Origin: Mayamaea pseudoterrestris
Lineage: Eukaryota
Length of the DNA stretch: 64,000 nt
Direction of reading: 5' to 3'
Assembly (NCBI GenBank): GCA_027923505.1
Contig: BROI01000021.1
Location: 496,001-560,000, forward strand
Shown piece by piece: positions 11,830 to 23,300 of this stretch (position 1 is the stretch's first letter; each line of letters starts with the position of its first letter). The position numbers and the translations under genes were made by a program. The notes below the pieces were generated by a model. That model was not told the DNA's origin and did not search any database. It saw only the letters and a program-made list of their open reading frames with translations.

Positions 11830-14800
11830 ATGGATGATAGTAATTGCAATAGGCAGAGCGATGGCGCCAGAAACAGAGATCAAGAATTGTTGGTCAACGA
11901 TGATTACAGACCAGCCAGCACCACCATAGACATGACGATCTCAAATGAATCGTCTACGAACGACAAGAAAGATCAACTATTGAATCAAGCATTCACAGGG
12001 TCCGCTGCGGAGAGCTTGTTCTCGCTGGAAAAAGACAAAGCGGCTAAGCAAGCCTCAGAGTCTGGGCGGCCATTGGCTTTAGATATTAGCACTAAAGCTG
12101 CTCAAGCTGCGTCCTCTCTTGTATTCACTGCCACGCAGTTGGAGCGCGAAATTTTGACAGAGGCTTTTGTTGCCTCTCCGATTCAGCATTCAGTCCATCC
12201 TGGGGCCGTGGCAGTTGCTGAATTAGGAGGTACTGCCGCCGTCACTTTTACATCGTTGGAGCGCGACATTGCAGCGAAATGCATCGCCTCGCCAGGGCGA
12301 TCAAGTCAGTTAGAGCAAGATGTGTTAGCAAAAACATCGAGCATGCCTGTGGATAGCGCAGTTCAACTTGGAGAGGACCATGGGTCATATGCTCCAGCTT
12401 CATATAATAGGAGCAGTGCTAGTAAATCAGATTTTTCCGCATTGGAGCGAGATATTGCAGCAAAAAGTAAAGCGAGTCAGGGACGTTTGCTAGCAACCCA
12501 ACTGAGCGCTATTGAAGGCCGTGGACTCAAGCGCCTGGAACAGGATGTTCTTGCCAAGGCATCTGCTGGCCGCGAAGGCCACAGTCGCCCTGGAGCATCA
12601 CACGAGGTTGGACTAACTCGCTTAGAACAGGATGTTCTTGTGAAAGCATCAGCTACTAGACGCACCGGAAGAGCGCCTGATGTAAATGGCGAACTGAGTA
12701 TCGCCGCTTTAGAACGGGACGTTGCATTAAAGTCAGTCGCCCAAACAAGACTGGTGAATGACGCGCCTCGGTTGGATCATTTGGAGCAGGAAATTCTCGC
12801 GAAAGCATCCGGCAAGCTATGCGGTCCGAGTAGCCAGCCTGGTGTGGTTTCTGTTGATGGAGTCAGAAGTCTTTCTGCTGTGGAAAGAGACGTTTCTTTG
12901 AAGAGACAAGGCCATCGCGGTGATAACTCGACTCGAATACTTACGCCACCGGCCGATCGTGTCAGGGAATCATTAAATGACTTGGAACGAGACGTTCATG
13001 TCAAAATTACTGTTGGAGCTGGCGCAGATAGACCTGGCTTAGTCGCAGTTGATCCTCCAATTCAGCCTGCTAATGCATCGCTTAACACTTTGGAGAGCGA
13101 TATCTTGGCAAAGATGTCAATCGGGCCGGATGGCAGCGAAACCAGAAACCCTGGGGCGGCACACATCACTGAACTTCCGAAACTTTTAATCAGTGGCGCG
13201 TCGATGCATTCTGTAGATTCAGCTCTCAGTCGTCAAATATCGGCGCCACGCAGTTCGACGTCCGGCTGTTCCACAAGGCTTGAGAAAAGGAATAATCTGT
13301 CAGCACTTGAGGATGACATTTTAAGAAAGTCATACGGACATGTTCCTTCTAGCCCTTCTGTTGTAATGTCGCGTCGACAACCCCAAAGTTTGAAAGACGC
13401 GGAGAATGAGATATTGAGTGCGCCATCGGCGGAGTCGGATTTGGCGGAACCACGTGAATATACAGAGTCGCGGCACCAGTCACCGGCAGTCATGTCTGTT
13501 GTCGTTCCTGAAGCCCCATTGGAGGGAGAACGATTTTCAGAATATGGGGTCCAGGATGTCGTAGTTCCAACCGACGGGATTGAAGCATTTGTTGCAGACA
13601 ATGTTGTAGACGCTACCGGCGTCACGGTAATTGCGAGCGAAGAAGAGGAAGAAAAGAGAAATTGGTCGAGGCAGAAGAAACGACTTTGTTTCTTGGGCAT
13701 ATTTTTTGTCGCCATCGTCATTGCCCTTGTGGTCGCCATTGCTGTGGCGATTGATAAGCGCGAGAATGGTTTAAGGCCAATGCCAGCACCTTCTGGAGCT
13801 CCGACGGCGGCACCTACGGTAGCACCCACGTCAAGCGCTTTTGCGGCACTTATCCAGAACCTCTCGTCCATATCTGTTGAAAATGCCTTTGCTACCAAAG
13901 ACAGTTTTCAGTACATGGCCGCCGAATGGTTGTATGACGAGGATACGTATGGTATTGCTTTGTCATCAAGCAACCCGGCTTTTTTGGAACGATACGCCCT
14001 GGCAGTTGTATATTTTGCGCTGGGGGGTCCGTTGTGGCACATTTGTGGCCAGAGCGACGAGACATGCACTGGTAACTCTGGTATCAATAACTGGCTATCG
14101 CCTACGGATATTTGCACTTGGTATGGCATCACATGTGGCGCAGATAAATTTGTGGAGGAATTCGTTTTTCGTAAGTTGTTTTGCTCAACCTTTTCATTAC
14201 CGATATATCAAGGCTCATTAATTCGCTTTATAATGTTACAGGCGCCGGGACTGACTCAGAATTCAGCGAAAATGACTTGATGCTGGATGGCGAGCTTCCA
14301 CGTGAGATTACGCTGTTGACCCAGCTATCAGCTTTCATTGCCGATGGTTTTCAAATCAGTGGTTCCATCACTGATACCTTTTCGAACTCCTCGAAGCTGC
14401 AAACCCTGATCCTCTCGAACAATAATATATCAGGCGAGATTCCTAATTCATTCGCGATCAATAATCCGGAGTTGCAGACCATCATTTTCAGTAATAATCA
14501 GATGACAGGTACATTGCCTTCAACGATTGGACAGCTAGCGAGACTCGTCTTTCTCCAGCTAAATGGGAATGCGTTTGGTGGTACAATCAACGCTAACATA
14601 TTTGCAATGACCACATCTCTGCAAAGACTCGAGTTGCAAAGTAACCAGATTTCGGGCCAATTCCCTAGGTCTTGGTATGCATTAAAGGATTTAGAGATAC
14701 TACGGGCAGATGATACGAACTTGAGAGGCCTCCTACGAAGCGAAATCGGCCAAATGGACAATCTGCGGGAGCTTGATTTGTCTCGCTCGCTGATGAGTGG

Positions 14801-15140
14801 GTCGTTGCCGTCAGAACTGTATAGGCTCGCAAATCTTACCGCATTAAGATTGAGCGATGCACTGTTTACCGGAAGTTTAGCCGAAGATATTCGGTTTTTG
14901 AACAGAACCCTCCAAGTCGCCTACTTTGATGGTAATGGCTTGACAGGATCTATTCCAGTTGACGGGCTGGGAGCGCTGACGAGTCTGAATGAGCTGCAAC
15001 TTTATGGTAACGATCTGACTGGAGCAATCACATCCACGTCCAGACTCTGTGGCCTTGTGTTTGACAGCCAGATTCAGCTAATCAGGACGGACTGCAGCAT
15101 TGCCTGCGACTGCTGCGCTAAATGCGAACCTGGATTGTAA
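11830..15140 (+). CDS. Single-pass leucine-rich-repeat protein (diatom LRR-RLP-like), 2 exons
   Basis: Long low-complexity N-terminus, TM segment (LCFLGIFFVAIVIALVVAIAVAI), PTAAPT linker, ERYALAVVYF, C.WYGITC LRR cap; intron 14171-14241; plant-type LRRs (L.L..N.LTG.IP); Cys C-cap. Confidence 0.85.
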
Positions 15141-15430
15141 CTTTTGCAAAGAGAGTGCCTTGCAAACTATAGGCGTCTTTTGCTTTGTGTCAAAACGACC
15201 TTTCCATGTCCTTCCCGTCAGTATATACAAATACACTACCCGTACGAGTGCTTATAGCAATGTACTTGCCATGCTGATGTCTTTCGCGACCAATTCAAAG
15301 GTATTTATTCGCGCTTCGCCGAATAAGAACCCATTCGATCTCGTGACATCGCGGATCTTGCGCAGATGGTCGTCACAAACCCGTCGAACCGGCTCCATCC
15401 TATCGATTTACTTGCCTCAACGTCTTAACC

Positions 15431-15978
15431 ATGTTCAGACAACTCGCCCTTCTTGTCCTTGTCCTCGCGACTGGAACAGCCTTCCAAGTGCAAGCCCCGG
15501 CGCTGCATTCTCGGGTAAGTTCACGAAAGAAAATCCATTTCGCACAGCCGATAAGATTTGATCTCAACGTTGATTCTTTCAGATCCAACTCTCTTCTTCG
15601 ACAGCTCGTCAAGTCTTGCTGAGTGAGGAGGAAACCCAGTCTATTATCCAGAGCGCTCAGGAGTGTGCGGCAGGCGAGTGTTCGATTGATGACGTCTCGG
15701 ATCTCATTTCCGAGCTTCGAGAGCAGGAGAAAATCTTGTCTGCTCGTCTCGAGTCTGTGATGAATATGATTTCGGACTTGCAGTATATCAACGAGAAGGA
15801 GGAACGACAGACGGATGAAGTTCGTGCGTTTGTGAGTGATATGCTTCGTGTCTTTTCGCTCACACGCGGCAGCGAAACGCAAAGCTTGGCGACTGGATTC
15901 AGTGGTGACATCTCCAAGGGGACCAAGACTGCTTACGATTCGCTCAACCCCAAGCCATGGAAGCCCAAGGGGAACTAA
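15431..15978 (+). CDS. Small plastid-targeted protein with C-x4-CS motif (paralog A), 2 exons
   Basis: Signal peptide with GTA/F cleavage motif; intron 15515-15582 joins exon 1 in frame to ORF 15616-15978. Confidence 0.75.
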
Positions 15979-16054
15979 ATTGTGAATACGTTTGCCCTTT
16001 AGCTAGAATTATCTGAACATTACAGTCTTTCGCCCTTCTGTATAAGTTATTCAG

Positions 16055-16734
16055 TTACAGTGTCGATGTCCACGGTTTTGGTTTGAGTGCTTTGTAAGCA
16101 TCCGTCGGTCCATCTCCAACGTCTCCCGAATACCCCGAGGGCTTGCTCAACGACGGATAATCATTGTTAGATGCCTTGCTGCCAAGTTGGAAGACGCGAT
16201 ACAATGCGCGAACGGTTTCGCGGATTTCGTCAACCTTTCGATCATCATGGGTGTTGACGCGCTCGAGTGACTGTGGTTAGAAGTGCCAACTGAAGTGAGA
16301 CCTAGAACCTTGTCAAGTGATCCATGCATTGCACAAATTTGATATTACCTCGATTATGCGTCGCATTTCATCGAGACGCTCGCTGAGTTGACCCTGTTGA
16401 GTCTGCAGAAGATTGATCAATTCACTCACGTTATCGAGTGAGCATTCCTCCACGCATGCTCCAGCTCGATCCAAAAGAGCGGAGGTCTCTTCTTGTGTCA
16501 TGATGTTAAGATCGGTGGATGACTGTGATTGCTGGAGTAGCCAACAGCATGTCAGTATGTGCGTGCATGAAGCATCGTTTGGCAATTGGCAAGTGTATTG
16601 TTCTTATTGTTTCATGGCAAGCAAGGCATAATACATTCACGTACCGATCTTGTCGGCTTGATGGGCGACGGTGCAAACGCCTTGCTCATGTCTGACAAGA
16701 CAAGGTAAGTCATTGCGGAGAAGAGCTTCATCAT
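16055..16734 (-). CDS. Small plastid-targeted protein (paralog B), 3 exons
   Basis: Exons 16734-16645, 16531-16349 and 16270-16055 translate MMKLF...SKAFAP...ACVEECSLDNVSELI...GYSGDVGDGPTDAYKALKPKPW, which aligns to paralog A. Confidence 0.75.
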
Positions 16735-16792
16735 GGTGGTTTCTGTATGAAAGGAGGCGATGGATCTTGGATCTTGATGGCGCGGTCACGTC

Positions 16793-17989
16793 ATGGCAGC
16801 CGCCGCGTATTCACATTTGAAATTGGCGACTCGCCTAGTTATGAGTCATGATCAGTTCACTATGACCCAGCAAGTACTACTTTTCACACTGATGGTTGAA
16901 CATTTTCAAGGTGTTGTTAGCCAGCGTCAATGCAGGAGCACCATGCCGCGCCTCGACCCAAGAGCGACCATGGCAGCTTCTCTCTTTACAGTCAACAATA
17001 CATCCATTGGCGTTGGCTTTGGGACTGCTGCACTGGGAAACCACTGCTACAATGTCGTTACGATGGCACTCCAAGAAGGCTTCAGCAAGTTTGATACGGC
17101 GGAGGAAAATGACCACTGGTATGACAGCGCGTCGGTTGGTCAAGCATTAGCCGACTACTTCCTCGTGCCCAATGATGAGTGTGTATATAACGAAGACACT
17201 ATGGCTGAAGGCGTTTGTGGAAGAACTTGTTCGAGGGCAGACCTTCGCATTTCTACCAAAATCCCTCCGTGGAAGTTGACTTCGGAAGAAAACATTCGAA
17301 AGAGTGCGGAGGAGAGTCGAAACGAATTGGTTGGTTTCTGCGAAGAGATATTATGGGATGATGGCAATGACAAGCTAATGATTCCATTTCCATTGGATGT
17401 TTACTACATTCACGCTCCGACTTGTTGGAAAGGCTGGCATCCTCGATGCGAAAATCCACCACCATTGATGGACTTGCAATCAGCTTGGCTGGCCATGGAA
17501 GCTGTCGCTGCAATTGATCATTCAGCCAAGCGGATCGGAATTTCAAACGTCAGTCCCAATGAACTGCTGAGTTTGATCGACTTCATTCGCAAGCGACAAG
17601 AGACTGTACAAGGAAACCCACCTCCTCGATTGCCGGATGTGCTACAGGCATTCGCAGATCCCATTGAGCCAGCCGATGAATTGCGACGCATTTGTCGACA
17701 ACACAATATTGAGTTTGTCTCCTATAGTACGCTTGGGACGCAGCATGCTAGACGTGGCGGCAAGAATCCCGTCCTGGACAGTCCCATTATTCGAAACATT
17801 GCAGAGCGTCTCAAGCGATCAACAGCAGAAATCGTCTTGAGCTGGGCTTTGCAAAAGAATATGAGCGTCATTCCTCGATCCAGTGAGCGGGAGCATATTG
17901 CGCAATTAGCGCGGTTGTTACGAAAGGATGAATCGACATTTTTAAACGAGGACGACATGTCGCGCATCGATTCAATGAGGCGCATTTAA
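16793..17989 (+). CDS. Aldo/keto reductase family protein
   Basis: VGFGT, FDTA...Y, ISTK, LDVYYIH, RIGISNV, SYSTLG, IVLSWALQ...VIPRSS; real start may be ATG 16841 or 16862. Confidence 0.85.
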   Translation: MAAAAYSHLKLATRLVMSHDQFTMTQQVLLFTLMVEHFQGVVSQRQCRSTMPRLDPRATMAASLFTVNNTSIGVGFGTAALGNHCYNVVTMALQEGFSKFDTAEENDHWYDSASVGQALADYFLVPNDECVYNEDTMAEGVCGRTCSRADLRISTKIPPWKLTSEENIRKSAEESRNELVGFCEEILWDDGNDKLMIPFPLDVYYIHAPTCWKGWHPRCENPPPLMDLQSAWLAMEAVAAIDHSAKRIGISNVSPNELLSLIDFIRKRQETVQGNPPPRLPDVLQAFADPIEPADELRRICRQHNIEFVSYSTLGTQHARRGGKNPVLDSPIIRNIAERLKRSTAEIVLSWALQKNMSVIPRSSEREHIAQLARLLRKDESTFLNEDDMSRIDSMRRI

Positions 17990-18300
17990 GGGGACCTTTG
18001 TATACATTTTCCCTCTATATTAATTGACTCATTGCTCTCACTGATCCAGTAAGTTAACATAATTCTATTCTTGGTTATTGGCAACATCGGATATGCACTA
18101 CCGGTACTGTACTTGCAAAAGCTAGCTAACGTACTTGTGATGGCTGTCGTACCAACACTGGTCACCCGTCGCGACTCTTCCATCCATCACACATGCCAAT
18201 TCCCGGCATTGTACGCAATAAACGGCTACACTTTGCTCCGCATCCTTGTCTTTTTGCGTCCTTGTATTAGTCACCTACAGTGGAGCAAAAAGTTCTTTGA

Positions 18301-19362
18301 ATGATGCGACAACAACACATACTGTCACGAATTTCTTCTGCGAATCCGTCCGTCACATGTTCTGTCCTTTTACTACTCGTCCTTCCGGTGATTCAAGCTC
18401 TTACACGTCAACCCGCCTTTGTTACCAAGAGAACCCAATCGCCATATCGGCCAACTTCCCTATCTCTCTTTGCGCCACCAGGATCTGGCTACGCGCAACC
18501 CGACGAAGAATCGTCGTTCTTTCCTGACACGTACGATCCCATGATGGAGTATCCAGGGACAATGCGACCCGGCCGCACACCGGAAAACATTCCCTTCCAT
18601 GACTTGCCCATTGCAGATACTGATCCGGACCCAGTTCCATGGCCACACTTTCAGCAAATTGAATGGCACCATCGCTGGGAACCTCCTCACGAGCATCCAA
18701 TTCCCATGGAGGAATTCATTGAATTGCATGGACGATGGGCGACGCCAGAGTTTGAAGCTACTATGCGTGCTGGTGTAAGGCGAAGTCTCATGGAGCAACG
18801 CGAGACTGCCGAAGCGGAGAAGAAAACGACGATTATTACGGATGACGAGGAAGACATGTTTGACGACGAGGGTGACAAGCCGGTAGGACTTGGTGAAGGA
18901 ATATTTGGCCAAATGGGAAGCGCTGTCAAACCAAAGGAAAAGAATCGAGTGGAAGAAGATGACGACACGAGCGCCGAGCTTGATGATTTTTTGCTAGATT
19001 TGGGCTTGGACTTGGATCTAAATAACAAACAGAGCAGCGCAAGCAAGGGCGCTTTAAAAACGCCCTCGCCTGCAGAAGTCAGGCCAGTTAATCTTAGTTT
19101 TGATGATAGCGAGGAGGACAATGATGAAGACGATGAGGAAGATGTTGGTGAGGTGGCAGCTACAATTGCTGTGGAAGACGATGGTGACATTACTTTGGAC
19201 ATTGACGACGACGATGACCTCGAAGTCAGCTCGGAAGTACCACTGGAGGACTATGGAGACTCTGACTCGCTCGATACCGAAGATATATTTGGTGAAGGAG
19301 GATTTGATTTTGATGATGGCGATTTTGAAGCGGCTGATGGTTTCGACATGGACGATTGGTAA
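18301..19362 (+). CDS. Hypothetical protein, probably plastid-targeted, with very acidic C-terminus
   Basis: Hydrophobic signal (VLLLLVLPVIQA), S/T/R-rich transit-like segment, Pro/Trp/His-rich core, D/E-rich tail. Confidence 0.6.
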   Translation: MMRQQHILSRISSANPSVTCSVLLLLVLPVIQALTRQPAFVTKRTQSPYRPTSLSLFAPPGSGYAQPDEESSFFPDTYDPMMEYPGTMRPGRTPENIPFHDLPIADTDPDPVPWPHFQQIEWHHRWEPPHEHPIPMEEFIELHGRWATPEFEATMRAGVRRSLMEQRETAEAEKKTTIITDDEEDMFDDEGDKPVGLGEGIFGQMGSAVKPKEKNRVEEDDDTSAELDDFLLDLGLDLDLNNKQSSASKGALKTPSPAEVRPVNLSFDDSEEDNDEDDEEDVGEVAATIAVEDDGDITLDIDDDDDLEVSSEVPLEDYGDSDSLDTEDIFGEGGFDFDDGDFEAADGFDMDDW

Positions 19363-19374
19363 AGTCAGCTCTTG

Positions 19375-20160
19375 TTATAGCAACGATTTTAGTTGTTCCT
19401 GTACCATACTAGCCTGTATCCAATCCATTATCAGCTCCAGCGTTTTGCTACTCTTGACTGGGACGGAGTGACCACCTGGATGGTGAATCGTTTGTACAGG
19501 ATAACCAGCTGCTTCCAGCGCGAGTTGGACACGCATGGCTTGCTCCGGAGGATTAATCTTGTCGCCTTCGCCGATAATGAGCAAGACACGAGGACCCCTG
19601 CCGCTGGTAAAAATAGTATCCTTGAGGCTCTCCAATTGCCGAGTGTAAGGATTGGGCCAAGCAACTCCGTTCATAATATAACCACCGGTCGGATGATGCG
19701 AAATCATATTCTGGGCCAAAAGCGATGTCAAGAAGATAGCACCTTGACTGTGGCCGACTATAAAGTCAAACGGTTCATTGGAACTATTCATTGCATCAGT
19801 GAATCGCTGTTTGCTTTCGTCAAACTCTTCGTATGTTTCCGCCTGAAAGGATCGAATGCCAGTAGGTAATTGCCACCATGAGTACCCGCCTTGCTGATTG
19901 TTCTCGACAGGAGCATTAATCGTCACAATATCAAAATGAGAGTTCATCTTTTTTGGCAACGCTCTATTCCAGCGATTGATAGTCTCGCGAAAAGATTTGG
20001 CATCACCTCCGCTCCCATGCAATGCGAGGATGCGAAGAGTGGAATGTTGTGATGGAGTTGCTGTAGATGATGACATGCTCACAATGACATGTTTGAATGG
20101 GCTCGGAGAGACGGGAACGAAAATTAAGAGTCCAATAAGTAAAGGACGTAGCCAGTGCAT
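19375..20160 (-). CDS. FSH1/OVCA2-family serine hydrolase
   Basis: RILALHG, YSWW, GHSQGA nucleophile elbow, G..D.I, HPGGHSVP. Confidence 0.85.
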   Translation of the reverse strand: MHWLRPLLIGLLIFVPVSPSPFKHVIVSMSSSTATPSQHSTLRILALHGSGGDAKSFRETINRWNRALPKKMNSHFDIVTINAPVENNQQGGYSWWQLPTGIRSFQAETYEEFDESKQRFTDAMNSSNEPFDFIVGHSQGAIFLTSLLAQNMISHHPTGGYIMNGVAWPNPYTRQLESLKDTIFTSGRGPRVLLIIGEGDKINPPEQAMRVQLALEAAGYPVQTIHHPGGHSVPVKSSKTLELIMDWIQASMVQEQLKSLL

Positions 20161-20391
20161 AGGAATAGCCGATGTTGTCGCTCAAAGTTGATCGTGCAAT
20201 GATATATACAACTATTTTTGATCTTCGATTCACAGAATTAAGTCGGAGTCCATCTTGGTGTTAGAATACCGATATAATGTCGTACCGGTGTACGTTTCTC
20301 GTCGTGGCGTCGCGGTAGAACAGCATCCATTTGTTTTCGACCATGAATAGCAATGCCACGATCAAACCGTAACTTAATATATAAGTAGACT

Positions 20392-23300
20392 ATGGACAAA
20401 GATTCGAGTAAAAATTTGCATACAGAGATCAAAGAATCAAATCATGTAAACGAGGAATCAGATTCTAATGCTGGTGCTGCAGTTGCCTTGCATGCACGAT
20501 TTCTTCGTTACGCCGACGAACGACAGCAGCAGCAGGATTCGGATGAAGATGGGTTTTCTTCGTCTCTAAATCCTACTCAATTTATAGAGGCAGCAGTGCG
20601 CAATATGCTTGACGAAGATAATCACTCGGAAGATGACGACTCATCGACGGCTATGCCTCATGGCATGTTCGGCACGCGGCAGGAGGAATCACTTTCGCCG
20701 TCTCTGCGATCCCTTCAAACCAAGCGATTACCAGCTATTCCTGATGAACAGGATCGAAAACGATTCATTGGATGCTTGGCGGCAGTGTTAGCTTCGACCT
20801 ATGACTACGAAGAGTTGGATCTAGCAGACGATGAATTGTCTCGGGCGGAAATATCCGCGTTTCTTACCTTCTCTGCGGACGACGACGTTGATGATGATGA
20901 TGAACTTGACAATGATAATTTTGCTTCGGAGCCTCCTTTATACTCATCGTCTATGAGGGAATTTGATGCTTTGGACATGGAGCAAACACGCGGACGAACT
21001 AAGCGACAATTTAACAGCCAGAGCAATCGAAACAAGTTGCGTGAAGCTCGGATGCGGTGTCGCAAGAGACGCTACGAAGTCTTGTCAAGTTTGCTGCTCT
21101 CTTCGGCGGACCTGCTCCAGTTGGAGAAAGGGCAAGTGAAAGCATTTCTACCCATTCTTTCGAAACTTCTTGTCCCGAATAATCACACGTGGCGTCGGTC
21201 GACGAGCAACATTCAAATTCCGACAACTCCAGATGACCAAATGATTGACCCCCTTGATCCGATACATTTATACTCGGCTGCGGTTCACTCTTTCTCCAAT
21301 CTCGGGTCGTCCGACTTCTACACCCATCAACTCGATCGCATCGAACATCTTCGCCCGTTTTTGGAATCACTCACCCCGGGGTCTGGATTTAGATGTTTGG
21401 CCATGTTTTTGCTTCGTCATTTGCTGACTAGCGAGGAAGGTTATGATGCAAGAGTGCGCCATGCAATCAAGACGCTGGGAGTGCTTGTACTGGTTCACGA
21501 GATGAGAAATGATCCAGTGGATATCATTTCGAGCCAGAGCGACGAAAAGAACTTGCCTGTTCAAGAGACTGGGAAGAATCGCTCGCAAACTTTTCGATTA
21601 GATCTAGTGGAAATGGCTACTCGCAAATTTGAAGCGTTGGAGATGTCAGTTGCCAGAAGACTAATTTTGCTTTCGCGAGAACAAGAGCAGTTGTCAAAGT
21701 TTCGCGGGCATGAGCGGCGTCCAGAACGACGACGGAAGCAACCAGCGACAATTTCACGTATGGAAGGACCAACGCGAGATGAAGTGGTGAGAGGGCTCAA
21801 GGTCGGCGGGACTGCCTTGCTCGCAGGCACCTTGTTTGCCGTTACTGGCGGCCTCGCAGCTCCTGGTATTGCAGCTGGTATGGGTATGCTGTTGGGCGGT
21901 ACTGCTGTTACGTCCGCCGCAACTGCGGTACTGACAAGCACAGCGGCGGTGACGACCATCTTCGGTGTAGGTGGTGGCGGTCTGGCTGCATATAAAATGC
22001 ATCGACGCACTGAGGGATTGACGGAATTCGAGTTCCAAAAAGAGGTGAATATCATTAGTTGTGGCAGCAAAGATGACAAATCTTTCGATTGTAACCTTTA
22101 TACAACATTAGCCGTATCTGGTTGGCTTCGAGATGAATGCGACTTTCAGCGCCCATGGGGTGTGGCCCCGACGAGGCCGCCCTTGAGTGATAGAATGGAA
22201 TTGTTGGAGAGATTTTACACAGTTCATTGTCCAGACAAAAGAGCAAAGTGTCAAAAGATTTTGCAAAGCTGGGAAGGCGAAGAGAAACAGCTCTGGAAAC
22301 TTTTAAGAAAGCGATACGGAACCGACCCTGATCATCTTTTTCCATTAGGCTACGGCCCACGACACCGCGCAATGCTTACACTTGAACAAGAAGAGTTGGT
22401 CACTGAGCTACTTATCGCACTAGGTCTGATTGATGATCTTAACCAAAGCAATTTTATTTATATGTCCTCGAATGAAAGGAAGCGCGAAAATTGGAATGGC
22501 GTAGCCAAAGAGGGAATGGGCAGCAGCAGCAATTTCGACAACATCTGTGATCCTGGAGACGAACAAAACATCTCGTATGAACGTCCTAATCACCTTAATA
22601 CAATTTGGTCTTTCGTCGATGAATTTGGGGGGGAGCTGTACACCGTCCGATGGGAAAGCGAGCTGCTTACAGAGCTCTGTGATTCTGTAAATGACTTAGC
22701 CTTGGAGCTGGTCACGGGTTCGACAGCACAAGTTTTGAAGCACACCGCACTCGCCACCCTCATGTCAGCAATTGCATGGCCTTATGCGCTCGTTAGCGCT
22801 GCAAATCTGATTGATGGAACGTGGACTCTTGCAGTGGAACGTGCTGATTTGGCTGGAAAGGAGCTAGCGCGGTCGTTACTATTCAGCAAGGCTGGCCATC
22901 GACCTGTGACGCTTATTGGCTTTTCGTTCGGCGCTCGCGTAATTTATGCATGTCTGAAGCAACTCGCAATTTATCAAACGCGCTGGGAAGAATATCATGA
23001 GACGGGCAGCCTTGTGGAGACGGAAACTGTGGCTGATGGTGGAGTACTAGCATATAACGAGCTTAGAGAACCTGCGAGTATCATTGAAGATGCCATTGTT
23101 ATGGGTCTGCCGAACCATTTGAGCCTCTCGTCGTGGAAAAGTTGTCGTCATGTTGTCGCAGGTCGTCTCGTAAACTGCTTCTCAAACAAGGATATGATTT
23201 TAAGTTTAATGTTCCAGTTTAAACGACTGGCTATTAAGCCAGTTTGCGGAACTTGTCCGGTTAACGTCAACGGAGTCGAGAATATCGATGTTTCAGACCT

